From the human T2T-CHM13v2.0 reference genome, Homo sapiens: a stretch of 64,000 bases of DNA. Where the stretch lies: positions 28,960,001 through 29,024,000 of the forward strand of contig CP086569.2 in assembly GCA_009914755.4 (NCBI GenBank). Direction: 5' to 3'. Position 1 is the stretch's first letter; each line of letters starts with the position of its first letter. Position numbers and translations under genes: made by a program. The notes under the pieces are model-generated. The model worked only from the letters and a program-made list of their open reading frames with translations, was not told where the DNA came from and did not search any database. Below, in pieces: positions 41,247-56,870 of the stretch.

Positions 41247-44200
41247 TTGCATTCTATTCGAGTGATTTCCATTCGAGTCCTTTCCATTCGATTCCATTCC
41301 ATTCTATTCCATTCCTTTGGATTCCATTCCATTCCGTTCCGTTCACATCAATTCCTTGCGATTCCATTACATTCGATTTCTTGCCATTCGATTCCATTCC
41401 TTTTGACTCCATTTCATTCGATTCCATTCCATTCCATTAATTTCCATTCCATTCGAGACCTTTCCATTGCAGTCTTTTCCCTTCGAGTCCATTCCGTTCG
41501 ATTCCCTTCCATTCGATTCCATTCCATTGGAGTCCGTACCAGTCGAGTCCATTCTATTCCAGTCCATTAGTTTCGACTCCATTGCATTCGAGTGCATTCC
41601 ATTCCGTGGCTGTCCATTCCATTCCGTTTGATGCCATTCCATACGATTCCATTCAATTCGAGACCATTCTATTCCTGTCCATTCCTTGTGGTTCGATTGC
41701 ATTTCACTCTAGTCCATTCCATTCCATTCAATTCCATTCGACTCTATTCCATTCCATTCAATTCCATTCCATTCGATTCCATTTTTGTCGAGAACCTTCC
41801 ATTACACTCCCTTCCATTCCAGTGCATTCCATTCCAGTCTCTTCAGTTCGATTCCATTCCATTCGTTTCGATTCCTTTCCATTCCAGCCCATTCCATTCC
41901 ATTCCTTTCCTTTCCGTTTCATTAGATTCCATTGCATTCGATTCCATTCAATTCAATTCCGTGCTATTCAATTTGATTCATTTCCATTTAATTCCATTCC
42001 ATTAGATTCCATTCCGTACGATTCCATTCCTTTTGAATCCATTCCATTGGAGTCCATTCACTTCCGGAACATTCCATTCCAGTCGAATCCATTCGAGGAC
42101 ATTCCATTAAAGTTCATTACATTCTAATACATTCCATTCCATTGCATTCCATTCCATTCCATTCGATGCCATTCGATTCCATTCCATGCCAAATCATTGC
42201 ATTCCTTTCCATTCCGTTCCTATCAATTCCATTCCATTAGATTTCGTTCGATTCTATTCCCTTCCATTCCATTCGATTCCATTCCATTGGAGTCAATTCC
42301 TTTTGACACCCATCCTTTCCAGTCAATGATTTTGGAGTCCATTTTTTTGCATTCCATTACATTCTATGACATTCGATTCCGTTTCATTGCATTCCATTCC
42401 ATACATTTTTATTCCATTCGAGACCGTAGCATTCTGCTTTATTCCAGGCCTGTCCATTACACTACATTCCCTTCGATTCCAATGAATTCCATTGCATTCC
42501 AATCCATTCCTTTCCTTTCGCTTGCATTCCATTCTATTCTCTTCTACTGCATACAATTTCACTCCATTCGTTCCCATTCCATTCAATTCCATTCCATTCA
42601 ATTCCATTCCATTTGTTTCCATTCTCTTCGATTCCATTTCTTTATATTCCATGCCATTCGATTCCATTCTACTGGATTGCATTACATTCGTGTTCATTCC
42701 ATTCCAGACCATTCCATTTGACTCCATTCCTTTCGAGCCCTTTCAATTTGAGTCCATTCTTTCCAGTCCATTTCACTCCAGTCCATTACTATCCATTCCA
42801 TACCATTCCATCCCATTCCATTCCATTCCATTCCATTCCATTCCATTGCATTCCATTCCATTCCATTCCATTGCACTGCACTCCATTCCATTACATTCTA
42901 CTCTATCTGAGTCGATTTTATTGCGTTAGATTCTATTCCATTGGATTACTTTCCATTCGATTACAATTCATTCATGTACATTCCATTCCAGTCAATTACA
43001 TTCGAGTTCATTACATTACATTCCAGTATATTCCATTGTATTCGATCCCATTCCTTTCAATTCCATTTCATTCGACTCCATTATATTCGATTCCATTCCA
43101 CTCGAATCCATTCCATTAGAGGACATTCCATTCCAATGCATTCCATTCCATTCCATAGCATTCCATTGCATTCGATTCCATTCCATTTGATGCCATTCCA
43201 TTTGATGCCATTCCATGACATTCCATTCCATTCGAGTCCATTCCGTTCCAATTCATTCCATTCCGTTTCATGAAATTCGCGTCCTTTCCATTACATTTCA
43301 TTCCAATCCCATCCAATCCCATCTACTCCATTCAATTCCTTTCCATTCCATTTGATTATATTCCATTGATTTGATTCCATTCAGTTTGATTCCATTCCGT
43401 GAAATTTCCTTCCATTCTCTTCCATTGCATTACTTTCCATTCAATTCCATTCCATTTCATTTCAGTCCATTCGCTTCCTTTCCTTTCGATTCAATTCCAT
43501 TTGATTCCACTCCATTCTATGCGATTCCATTCCAATCGATTCAATTCCATTCGATGACATTCCTTTCGTTTCCATTCCATTCGAGTCCATTCAATTTGAG
43601 CATTCGTGTCCATTCTATTCGAGTCCATTCCATTACCGTCTATTCTATTCCCTTCCATTCCTGTTGATTCAATTTCATTCCCTTCCATTCGATTCCTTTC
43701 CATTCGATTCCATTCCTTTCCATTCCATTCCATTCGTTCCCATTCCATGTGATTTCATTCCATTCCAGTCCATTATATTCGAGTCCACTCCACTCCATTC
43801 TATTACATTCAATTCCTTTTGAGTCCGTTCCATAACACTCCATTCATTTCGATTCCATTTCTTGCCAGTTTTCTTCCATTTTATTCCATTCCGTTCGATT
43901 CCATTCCATTCGATTGCATTCCATTCGAATCCTTTCCATTCCATTTCATTCCATTCCTTTCTATTCCATTCCATTTCATTCGATTTGATTCCATTCTGTT
44001 CTATTCCATTCAATTCTTTTTCAATCCATTCGAATCCTTTCTATTGCAGTCCATTCCATTCGAGTCCATTCCAATCCCTTCCATTCCATTCCATTACAGT
44101 CCATTCCAATAGATTCCATTCCTTTGCCTTCCATTCGAATCCATTCCATTTGAGTCAATTCCATTCCATTCCATTCTATTCCTTTCCAATCCATTCGATT

Positions 44201-44774
44201 CCATTCGATTCAATTCCGTTTGATTCTCTTTCATTCTATTTTATTACATGCCATTTGATTGCATTGCATTCCATTCCGTTTGATTCCAGTCCATTCAAGA
44301 AAGTTCCATTCCAGTCCATTGCTTTCCAGTCCATTCCATTCCACTCTAGTCTATTCCACTCCATTCCTTTCCATTCCATTCCATACTATTCCATTCCATT
44401 CCTTTGCATTCCGTTTCCAATCTATTCGAGTCCATTGCATTCCAGTCCAATCCATTCGATTACATTCCTTTTGATTCCCTGCCAGTCGATTGCATTGCAT
44501 ACTACACCATTCCAAAGGAGTCCATTCCATTCTATCTCAACACTTTCCATTCCACTCTGTTCGAGTCCATTCCATTCCAGTCCATTTAATTCAAGGGCAT
44601 TCCATTCCATTCCATTCCATTTCATATTATTCCATTCCATTCAATTCCATTCCAGATGATTCCATTCCATTCTATACCATTGCTCTCTGTTCCATTCCAT
44701 TCCATCTGTCTCCATTCCTTTCGTTTCGATTCCTTTCCATTCCATTCCATTACATTTGATCCTATTTTATTAAA
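41247..44774 (+). repeat. HOR unit 13 (3528 bp), type B
   Basis: Anchor spacing. Two 15-bp deletions relative to unit 11 (for example at about 44131). Confidence 0.85.
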
Positions 44775-47700
44775 TTGCATTCTATTCGAGTGATTTCCAT
44801 TCGAGTCCTTTCCATTCGATTCCATTCCATTCTATTCCATTCCTTTGGATTCCATTCCATTCCGTTCCGTTCACATCAATTCGTTGCGATTCCATTACAT
44901 TCGATTTCTTGCCATTCGATTGCATTCCTTTTGACTCCATTTCATTCGATTCCATTCCATTCCATTAATTTCCATTCCATTCGAGACCTTTACATTGCAG
45001 TCTTTTCCCTTCGAGTCCATTCCGTTCGATTCCCTTCCATTCGATTCCATTCCATTGGAGTCCGTACCAGTCGAGTCCATTCTATTCCAGTCCATTAGTT
45101 TCGACTCCATTGCATTCGAGTGCATTCCATTCCGTGGCTGTCCATTCCATTCCGTTTGATGCCATTCCATACGATTCCATTCAATTCGAGACCATTCTAT
45201 TCCTGTCCATTCCTTGTGGTTCGATTCCATTTCACTCTAGTCCATTCCATTCCATTCAATTCCATTCGACTCTATTCCGTTCCATTGAATTCCATTCCAT
45301 TCGATTCCATTTTTGTCGAGAACCTTCCATTACACTCCCTTCCATTCCAGTGCATTCCATTCCAGTCTCTTCAGTTCGATTCCATTCCATTCGTTTCGAT
45401 TCCTTTCCATTCCAGCCCATTCCATTCCATTCCATTCCTTTCCTTTCCGTTTCATTAGATTTCATTGCATTCGATTCCATTCAATTCAGTTCCGTGCTAT
45501 TCAATTTGATTCATTTCCATTTAATTCCATTCCATTAGATTCCATTCCGTACGATTCCATTCCTTTTGAATCCATTCCATTGGAGTCCATTCACTTCCAG
45601 AACATTCCATTCCAGTCGAATCCATTCGAGGACATTCCATTAAAGTTCATTACATTCTAATACATTCCATTCCATTGCATTCCATTCCATTCCATTCGAT
45701 GCCATTCGATTCCATTCCATGCCAAATCATTGCATTCCTTTCCATTCCGTTCCTATCAATTCCATTCCATTCGATTTAGTTCGAATCTATTCACTTCCAT
45801 TCCATTCGATTCCATTCCATTGGAGTCAATTCCTTTTGACACCCAGCCTTTCCAGTCAATGATTTTGGAGTCCATTTTTTTGCATTCCATTACATTCTAT
45901 GACATTCGATTCCGTTTCATTGCATTCCATTCCATACATTTTTATTCCATTCGAGACCGTAGCATTCTGCTTTATTCCAGGCCTGTCCATTACACTACAT
46001 TCCCTTCCATTCCAATGAATTCCATTCCATTCCAATCCATTCCTTTCCTTTCGCTTGCATTCCATTCTATTCTCTTCTACTGCATACAATTTCACTCCAT
46101 TCGTTCCCATTCTATTCAATTCCATTCCATTCAATTCCATTCCATTTGTTTCCATTCTCTTCGATTCCATTTCTTTATATTCCATGCCATTCGATTCCAT
46201 TCTACTGGATTGCATTACATTCGTGTTCATTCCATTCCAGATCATTCCATTTGACTCCATTCCTTTCGAGCCCTTTCAATTTGAGTCCATTCTTTCCAGT
46301 CCATTTCACTCCAGTCCATTACTATCCATTCCATACCATTCCGTCCCATTCCATTCCATTCCATTCCATTCCATTGCATTCCATTCCATTCCATTCCATT
46401 GCACTGCTCTCCATTCCATTACATTCTACTCTATCTGAGTCGATTTTATTGCGTTAGATTCTATTCCATTGGATTACTTTCCATTCGATTACAATTCATT
46501 CATGTACATTCCATTCCAGTCAATTACATTCGAGTTCATTACATTACATTCCAGTATATTCCATTGTATTCGATCCCATTCCTTTCAATTCCATTTCATT
46601 CGACTCCATTATATTCGATTCCATTCCACTCGAATCCATTCCATTAGAGGACATTCCATTCCAATGCATTCCATTCCATTCCATAGCATTCCATTGCATT
46701 CGATTCCATTCCCTTTGATGCCATTCCGTTTGATGCCATTCCATGACATTCCATTCCATTCGAGTCCATTCCGTTCCAATTCATTCCATTCCGTTTCATG
46801 AAATTCGAGTGCTTTCCAGTACATTTCATTCCAATCCCATCCAATCCAATCTACTCCATTCAATTCCTTTCCATTCCATTTGATTATATTCCATTGATTT
46901 GATTCCATTCAGTTTGATGCCATTACGTGAAATTTCGTTCCATTCTATTCCATTGCATTACTTTCCATTCAATTCCATTCCATTTCATTTCAGTCCATTC
47001 GCTTCCTTTCCTTTCGATTCAATTCAATTTGATTCCACTCCATTCTATGCGATTTCATTCCAATCGATTCAATTCCATTCGATGACATTCCTTTCGTTTC
47101 CATTCCATTCGAGTCCATTCAATTTGAGCATTCGTGTCCATTCTATTCGAGTCCATTCCATTACCGTCTATTCTATTCCCTTCCATTCCTGTTGATTCAA
47201 TTTCATTCCCTTCCATTCGATTCCTTTCCATTCGATTCCATTCCTTTCCATTCCATTCCATTCGTTCCCATTCCATGTGATTTCATTCCATTCCAGTCCA
47301 TTATATTCGAGTCCACTCCACTCCATTCTATTACATTCAATTCCTTTTGAGTCCGTTCCATAACACTCCATTCCTTTCGATTCCATTTCTTGCCAGTTTT
47401 CTTCCATTTTATTCCATTCCGTTCGATTCCATTCCATTCGATTGCATTCATTTCGAATCCTTTCCATTCCATTTCATTCCATTCCTTTCTATTCCATTCC
47501 ATTTCATTCGATTTGATTCCATTCTGTTCTATTCCATTCAATTCTTTTTCATTCCATTCGAATCCTTTCTATTGCAGTCCATTCCATTCGAGTCCATTCT
47601 AATCCCTTCCATTCCATTCCATTACAGTCCATTCCAATAGATTCCATTCCTTTGCCTTCCATTCGAATCCATTCCATTCTAGTCCATTCCATCTGAGTCA

Positions 47701-48317
47701 ATTCCATTCCATTCCATTCTATTCCTTTCCAATCCATTCGTTTCCATTCGATTCAATTCCGTTTGATTCTCTTTCATTCTATTTTATTCCATGCCATTTG
47801 ATTGCATTGCATTCCATTCCGTTTGATTCCAGTCCATTCAAGAAAGTTCCATTCCAGTCCATTGCTTTTGAGTCCATTCCATTCCACTCTAGTCTATTCC
47901 ACTCCATTCCTTTCCATTCCATTCCATACTATTCCATTCCATTCCTTTGCATTCCGTTTCCAATCTATTCGAGTCCATAGCATTCTAGTCCAATCCATTC
48001 GATTACATTCCTTTTGATTCCCTGCCAGTCGATTGCATTGCATACTAGACCATTCCAAAGGAGTCCATTCCATTCTATGTCAACACTTTCCATTCCACTC
48101 TGTTCGAGTCCATTCCATTCCAGTCCATTTAATTTAAGGGCATTCCATTCCATTCCATTCCATTTCATGTTATTCCATTCCATTCAATTCCATTCCAGAT
48201 GATTCCATTCCATTCCATACCATTGCTCTCTGTTCCATTCCATTCCATCTGTCTCCATTCCTTTCGTTTCGATTCCTTTCCATTCCATTACATTACATTT
48301 GATCCTATTTTATTAAA
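44775..48317 (+). repeat. HOR unit 14 (3543 bp), chimeric: A-type head with B-type middle
   Basis: The head shares A-type variants with units 10 and 12. The region about 45.7-46.9 kb shares B-type variants with units 11 and 13. Confidence 0.75.
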
Positions 48318-50571
48318 TTGCATTCTATTCGAGTGATTTCCATTCGAGTCCTTTCCCTTCGATTCCATTCCGTTCTATTCCATTCCTTTGGATTCCATTC
48401 CATTCCGTTCCGTTCACATCAATTCCTTGCGATTCCATTACATTCGATTTCTTGCCATTCGATTCCATTCCTTTTGACTCCATTTCATTCGATTCCATTC
48501 CATTCCATTAATTTCCATTCCATTCGAGACCTTTCCATTGCAGTCTTTTCCCTACGAGTCCATTCCGTTCCATTCCCTTCCATTCGATTCCATTCCATTG
48601 GAGTCCGTACCAGTCGAGTCCATTCTATTCCAGTGCATTAGTTTCGACTCCATTGCATTCGAGTGCATTCCATTCCGTGGCTGTCCATTCCATTCCGTTT
48701 GATGCCATTCCATACGATTCCATTCAATTCGAGACCATTCTATTCCTGTCCATTCCTTGTGGTTCGATTCCATTTCACTCTAGTCCATTCCATTCCATTC
48801 AATTCCATTCGACTCTATTCCGTTCCATTCAATTCCATTCCATTCGATTCCATTTTTTTCGAGAACCTTCCATTACACTCCCTTCCATTCCAGTGCATTC
48901 CATTCCAGTCTCTTCAGTTCGATTCCATTCCATTCCATAGCATTCCATTGCATTCGATTCCATTCCATTTGATGCCATTCCATTTGATGCCATTCCATGA
49001 CATTCCATTCCATTCGAGTCCATTCCGTTCCAATTCATTCCATTCCGTTTCATGAAATTCGAGTCCTTTCCAGTACATTTCATTCCAATCCCATCCAATC
49101 CAATCTACTCCATTCAATTCCTTTCCATTCCATTTGATTATATTCCATTGATTTGATTCCATTCAGTTTGATTCCATTCCGTGAAATTTCCTTCCATTCT
49201 CTTCCATTGCATTACTTTCCATTCCATTCCATTCCATTTCATTTCAGTCCATTCGCTTCCTTTCCTTTCGATTCAATTCCATTTGATTCCACTCCATTCT
49301 ATGCGATTTCATTCCAATCGATTCAATTCCATTCGATGACATTCCTTTCGTTTCCATTCCATTCGAGTCCATTCAATTTGAGCATTCGTGTCCATTCTAT
49401 TCGAGTCCATTCCATTACCGTCTATTCTATTCCCTTCCATTCCTGTTGATTCAATTTCATTCCCTTCCATTCGATTCCTTTCCATTCGATTCCATTCCTT
49501 TCCGTTCCATTCCATTCGTTCCCATTCCATGTGATTTCATTCCATTCCAGTCCATTATATTCGAGTCCACTCCACTCCATTCTATTACATTCAATTCCTT
49601 TTGAGTCCGTTCCATAACACTCCATTCATTTCGATTCCATTTCTTGCCAGTTTTCTTCCATTTTATTCCATTCCGTTCGATTCCATTCCATTCGATTGCA
49701 TTCCATTCGAATCCTTTCCATTCCATTTCATTCCATTCCTTTCTATTCCATTCCATTTCATGCGATTTGATTCCATTCTGTTCTATTCCATTCAATTCTT
49801 TTTCATTCCATTCGCATCCTTTCTATTGCAGTCCATTCCATTCGAGTCCATTCCAATCCCTTCCATTCCATTCCATTACAGTCCATTCCAATAGATTCCA
49901 TTCATTTGCCTTCCATTCGAATCCATTCCATTCTAGTCCATTCCATTTGAGTCAATTCCATTCCATTCCATTCTATTCCTTTCCAATCCAATCGATTATA
50001 TTCAATTCTATTCCATTTGATTCTCTTTCATTCTATTTTATTCCATGCCATTTGATTGCATTGCATTCCATTCCGTTTGATTCCAGTCCATTCAAGAATG
50101 TTCCATTCCAGTCCATTGCTTTCGAGTCCATTCCATTCCACTCTAGTCTATTCCACTCCATTTCTTTCCATTCCATTCCATACTATTCCATTCCATTCCT
50201 TTGCATTCCGTTTCCAATCTTTTCGAGTCCATTGCATTCCAGTCCAATCCATTCGATTACATTCCTTTTGATTCCCTGCCAGTCGATTGCATTGCATACT
50301 ACACCATTCCAAGGGAGTCCATTCCATTCTATCTCAACACTTTCCATTCTACTCTGTTCGAGTCCATTCCATTCCAGTCCATTTAATTCAAGGGCATTCC
50401 ATTCCATTCCATTCCATTTCATATTATTCCATTCCATTCAATTCCATTCCAGATGATTCCATTCCATTCTATACCATTGCTCTCTGTTCCATTCCATTCC
50501 ATCTGTCTCCATTCCTTTCGTTTCGATTCCTTTCCATTCCATTCCATTACATTTGATCCTATTTTATTAAA
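48318..50571 (+). repeat. HOR unit 15, deletion variant (2254 bp); same 1.31-kb deletion as unit 2
   Basis: Junction at about 48921-48932, identical in sequence to the unit-2 junction. Head-region private variants are shared with unit 2. Confidence 0.85.
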
Positions 50572-53301
50572 TTGCATTCTATTCGAGTGATTTCCATTCG
50601 AGTCCTTTCCATTCGATTCCATTCCATTCTATTCCATTCCTTTGGATTCCATTCCATTCCGTTCCGTACACATCAATTCCTTGCGATTCCATTACATTCC
50701 ATTTCTTGCCATTCCATTCCATTTCTTTTGACTCCATTTCATTCGATTCCATTCCATTCCATTAATTTCCATTCCATTCGAATCCCTTCCATTCGATTCC
50801 ATTCCATTGGAGTCCGTACCAGTCGAGTCCATTCTATTCCAGTCCATTAGTTTCGACTCCATTGCATTCGAGTGCATTACATTCCGTAGCTGTCCATTCC
50901 ATTCCGTTTGATGCCATTCCATACGATTCCATTCAATTCGAGGCCATTCTATTCCTGTCCATTCCTTGTGGTTCGATTCCATTTCACTCTAGTCCATTCC
51001 ATTCCATTGAATTCCATTCGACTCTATTCCGTTCCATTCAATTCCATTCCATTCGATTCCATTTTTGTCGAGAACCTTCCATTACACTCCCTTCCATTCC
51101 AGTGCATTCCATTCCAGTCTCTTCAGTTCGATTCCATTCCATTCGTTTCGATTCCTTTCCATTCCAGCCCATTCCATTCCATTCCATTCCTTTCCTTTCC
51201 GTTTCATTAGATTCCATTGCATTCGATTCCATTCAATTCCGTGCTATTCAATTTGATTCATTTCCATTTAATTCCATTCCATTAGATTCCATTCCGTACG
51301 ATTCCATTCCTTTTGAATCCATTCCATTGGTGTCCATTCACTTCCAGAACATTCCATTACAGTCGAATCCATTCGAGGACCTTCCATTAAAGTTCATTAC
51401 ATTCTAATACATTCCATTCCATTGCATTCCATTCCATTCCATTCGATGCCATTCGATTCCATTCCATGCCAAATCATTGCATTCCTTTCCATTCCGTTCC
51501 TATCAATTCCATTACATTCGATTTAGTACGATTCTATTCACTTCCATTCCATTCGATTCCATTCCATTGGAGTCAATTCCTTTCGACACCCAGCCTTTCC
51601 AGTCAATGATTTTGGATTCCATTTTTTTGCATTCCATTACATTCTATGACATTCGATTCCGTTTCATTGCATTCCATTCCATACATTTTTATTCCATTCG
51701 AGACCGTAGCATTCCGCTTTATTCCAGGCCTGTCCATTACACTACATTCCCTTCCATTCCAATGAATTCCATTCCATTCCAATCCATTCCTTTCCTTTCG
51801 CTTGCATTCCATTCTATTCTCTTCTAATGCATACAATTTCACTCCATTCGTTCCCATTCCATTCAATTCCATTCCATTCAATTCCATTCCATTTGTTTCC
51901 ATTCTCTTCGATTCCATTTCTTTATATTCCATGCCATTCGATTCCATTCTATTGGATTGCATTACATTCGTGTTCATTCCATTCCAGACCATTCCATTTG
52001 ACTCCATTCCTTTCGAGCCCTTTCAATTTGAGTCCATTCCTTTCCAGTCCATTTCACTTCAGTCCATTACTATCCATTCCATAAAATTCCATCCCATTCC
52101 ATTCCATCCATTCCATTCCATTCCATTCCATTCCATTGCATTCCATTCCATTCCATTCCATTGCACTGCACTCCATTCCATTACATTCTACTCTATCTGA
52201 GTCGATTTTATTGCATTAGATTCTATTCCATTGGATTACTTTCCATTCGATTACATTCCATTCATGTACATTCCATTCCAGTCAATTACATTCGAGTTCA
52301 TTACATTACATTCCAGTATATTCCATTGTATTCGATCCCATTCCTTTCAATTCCATTTCATTCGACTCCATTATATTCGATTCCATTCCACTCGAATCCA
52401 TTCCATTAGAGGACATTCCATTCCAATGCATTCCATTCCATTCCATAGCATTCCATTGCATTCGATTCCTTTCTATTCCATTCCATTTCATTCGATTTGA
52501 TTCCATTCTGTTCTATTCCATTCAATTCTTTTTCATTCCATTCGAATCCTTTCTATTGCAGTCCATTCCATTCGAGTCCATTCCAATCCCTTCCATTCCA
52601 TTCCATTACAGTCCATTCCAATAGATTCCATTCCTTTGCCTTCCATTCGAATCCATTCCATTCTAGTCCATTCCATTTGAGTCAATTCCATTCCATTCCA
52701 TTCTATTCCTTTCCAATCCATTCGATTCCATTCGATTCAATTCCATTTGATTCTCTTTCATTCTATTTTATTCCATGCCATTTGATTGCATTGCATTCCA
52801 TTCCGTTTGATTCCAGTCCATTCAAGAAAGTTCCATTCCAGTCCATTGCTTTCCAGTCCATTCCATTCCACTCTAGTCTTTTCCACTCCATTCCTTTCCA
52901 TTCCATTCCATACTATTCCATTCCATTCCTTTGCATTCCGTTTCCAATCTATTCGAGTCCATTGCATTCCAGTCCAATCCATTCGATTACATTCCTTTTG
53001 ATTCCGTGCCAGTCGATTGCATTGCATACTACACCATTCCAAAGGAGTCCATTCCATTCTATCTCAACACTTTCCATTCCAGTCTGTTCGAGTCCATTCC
53101 ATTCCAGTCCATTTAATTCAAGGGCATTCCATTCCATTCCATTCCATTTCATATTATTCCATTCCATTCAATTCCATTCCAGATGATTCCATTCCATTCT
53201 ATACCATTGCTCTCTGTTCCATTCCATTCCATCTGTCTCCATTCCTTTAGTTTCGATTCCTTTCCATTCCATTCCATTACATTTGATCCTATTTTATTAA
53301 A
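50572..53301 (+). repeat. HOR unit 16, deletion variant (2730 bp)
   Basis: A deletion of about 45 bp at about 50770. A deletion of about 0.8 kb with junction at about 52465-52470 (cattgcattcgattcc|tttctattccattccatttc) removes the equivalent of unit-1 2090-2870. An extra GGCC at about 50942. Confidence 0.8.
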
Positions 53302-56300
53302 TTGCATTCTATTCGAGTGATTTCCATTCGAGTCCTTTCCATTCGATTCTATTCCATTCTATTCCATTCCTTTGGATTCCATTCCATTTCGTTGCGTTCA
53401 CATCAATTCCTTGCGATTCCATTACATTCGATTTCTTGCCATTCGATTCCATTCCTTTTGACTCCATTTCATTCGATTCCATTCCATTCCATTAATTTCC
53501 ATTCCATTCGAGACCTTTCCATTGCAGTCTTTTCCCTTCGAGTCCATTCCGTTCGATTCCCTTCCATTCGATTCCATTCCATTGGAGTCCGTACCAGTCG
53601 AGTCCATTCTATTCCAGTCCATTAGTTTCGACTCCATTGCATTCGAGTGCATTCCATTCCGTGGCTGTCCATTCCATTCCGTTTGATGCCATTCCATACG
53701 ATTCCATTCAATTCGAGACCATTCTATTCCTGTCCATTCCTTGTGGTTCGATTCCATTTCACTCTAGTCCATTCCATTCCATTCAATTCCATTCGACTCT
53801 ATTCCGTTCCATTCAATTCCATTCCATTCGATTCCATTTTTTTCGAGAACCTTTCATTACACTCCCTTCCATTCCAGTGCATTCCATTCCAGTCTCTTCA
53901 GTTCGATTCCATTCCATTCGTTTCGATTCCTTTCCATTCCAGCCCATTCCATTCCATTCCATTCCTTTCCTTTCCGTTTCATTAGATTCCATTGCATTCG
54001 ATTCCATTCAATTCAATTCCGTGCTATTCAATTTGATTCATTTCCATTTAATTCCATTCCATTAGATTCCATTCCGTACGATTCCATTCCTTTTGAATCC
54101 ATTCCATTGGAGTCCATTCACTTCCAGAACATTCCATTAGAGTCGAATCCATTCGAGGACATTCCATTAAAGTTCATTACATTCTAATACATTCCATTCC
54201 ATTGCATTCCATTCCATTCCATTCGATGCCATTCGATTCCATTCCATGCCAAATCATTGCATTCCTTTCCATTCCGTTCCTATCAATTCCATTCCATTCG
54301 ATTTAGTTCGATTCTATTCACTTCCATTCTGTTCGATTCCATTCCATTGGAGTGAATTCCTTTTGACACCCAGCCTTTCCAGTCAATGATTTTGGAGTCC
54401 ATTTTTTTGCATTCCATTACACTCTATGACATTCGATTCTGTTTCATTGCATTCCATTCCATACATTTTTATTCCATTCGAGACCGTAGCATTCTGCTTT
54501 ATTCCAGGCCTGTCCATTACACTACATTCCCTTCCATTCCAATGAATTCCATTGCATTCCAATCCATTCATTTCCTTTCGCTTGCATTCCATTCTATTCT
54601 CTTCTACTGCATACAATTTCACTCCATTCGTTCCCATTCCATTCAATTCCATTCCATTCAATTCCATTCCATTTGTTTCCATTCTCTTCGATTCCATTTC
54701 TTTATATTCCATGCCATTCGATTCCATTCTATTGGATTGCATTACATTCTTGTTCATTCCATTCCAGACCATTCCATTTGACTCCATTCCTTTCGAGCCC
54801 TTTCAATTTGAGTCCATTCCTTTCCAGTCCATTTCACTCCAGTCCATTACTATCCATTCCATACCATTCCATCCCATTCCATTCCATTCCATTCCATTCC
54901 ATTCCATTCCATTCCATTCCATTCCATTGCATTCCATTCCATTCCATTCCATTGCACTGCACTCCATTCCATTACATTCTACTCTATCTGAGTCGATTTT
55001 ATTGCATTAGATTCTATTCCATTGGATTACTTTCCATTCGATTACATTTCATTCATGTACATTCCATTCCAGTCAATTACATTCGAGTTCATTACATTAC
55101 ATTCCAGTGTATTCCATTATATTTGATCCCATTCTTTTCAATTCCATTTCATTCGACTCCATTATATTCGATTCCATTCCACTCGAATCCATTCCATTAG
55201 AGGACATTCCATTCCAATGCATTCCATTCCATTCCATAGCATTCCATTGCGTTCGATTCCATTCCATTTGATGCCATTAAATTTCATGCCATTCCATGAC
55301 ATTCCATTCCATTCGAGTCCATTCCGTTCCAATTCATTCCATTCCGTTTCATGAAATTCGAGTCCTTTCCAGTACATTTCATTCCAATCCCATCCAATCC
55401 CATCTACTCCATTCAATTCCTTTCCATTCCATTTGATTATATTCCATTGATTTGATTCCATTCAGTTTGATTCCATTCCGTGAAATTTCCTTCTATTCTC
55501 TTCCATTGCATTACTTTCCATTCAATTCCATTCCATTTCATTTCAGTCCATTCGCTTCCTTTCATTTCGATTCAATTCCATTAGATTCCACTCCATTCTA
55601 TGCGATTTCATTCCAATCGATTCAATTCCATTCGATGACATTCCTTTCGTTTCCATTCCATTCGAGTCCATTCAATTTGAGCATTCGTGTCCATTCTATT
55701 CGAGTCCATTCCATTACCGTCTATTCTATTCCCTTCCATTCCTGTTGATTCAATTTCATTCCCTTCCATTCGATTCCTTTCCATTCGATTCCATTCCTTT
55801 CCATTCCATTCCATTCGTTCCCATTCCATGTGATTTCATTCCATTCCAGTCCATTATATTCGAGTCCACTCCACTCCATTCCATTACATTCAATTCCTTT
55901 TGAGTCCGTTCTATAACACTCCATTCATTTCGATTCCATTTCTTGCCAGTTTTCTTCCATTTTATTCCATTCCGTTCTATTCCATTCCATTCGATTGCAT
56001 TCCATTCGAATCCTTTCCATTCCATTTCATTCCATTCCTTTCTATTCCATTCCATTTCATGCGATTTGATTCCATTCTGTTCTATTCCATTCAATTCTTT
56101 TTCATTCCATTCGCATCCTTTCTATTGCAGTCCATTACATTCGAGTCCATTCCAATCCCTTCCATTCCATTCCATTACAGTCCATTCCAATAGATTCCAT
56201 TCATTTGCATTCCATTCGAATCCATTCCATTCTAGTCCATTCCATTTGAGTCCATTCCATTCCATTCCATTCTATTCCTTTCCAATCCATTCGATTCCAT

Positions 56301-56870
56301 TCGATTCAATTCCATTTGATTCTCTTTCATTCTATTTTATTCCATGTCATTTGATTGCATTGCATTCCAGTCCGTTTGATTCCAGTCCATTCAAGAAAGT
56401 TCCATTCCAGTCCATTGCTTTCCAGTCCATTCCATTCCACTCTAGTCTATTCCACTCCATTCCTTTCCATTCCATTCCATACTATTCCATTCCATTCCTT
56501 TGCATTCCGTTTCCAATCTATTCGAGTCCATTGCATTCCAGTCCAATCCATTCGATTACATTCCTTTTGATTCCGTGCCAGTCGATTGCATTGCATACTA
56601 CACCATTCCAAAGGAGTCCATTCCATTCTATCTCAACACTTTCCATTCCACTCTGTTCGAGTCCATTCCATTCCAGTCCATTTAATTCAAGGGCATTCCA
56701 TTCCATTCCATTCCATTTCATATTATTCCATTCCATTCAATTCCATTCCAGATGATTCCATTCCATTCTATACCATTGCTCTCTGTTCCATTCCATTCCA
56801 TCTGTCTCCATTCCTTTCGTTTCGATTCCTTTCCATTCCATTCCATTACATTTGATCCTATTTTATTAAA
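53302..56870 (+). repeat. HOR unit 17 (3569 bp)
   Basis: Anchor spacing. Confidence 0.85.
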
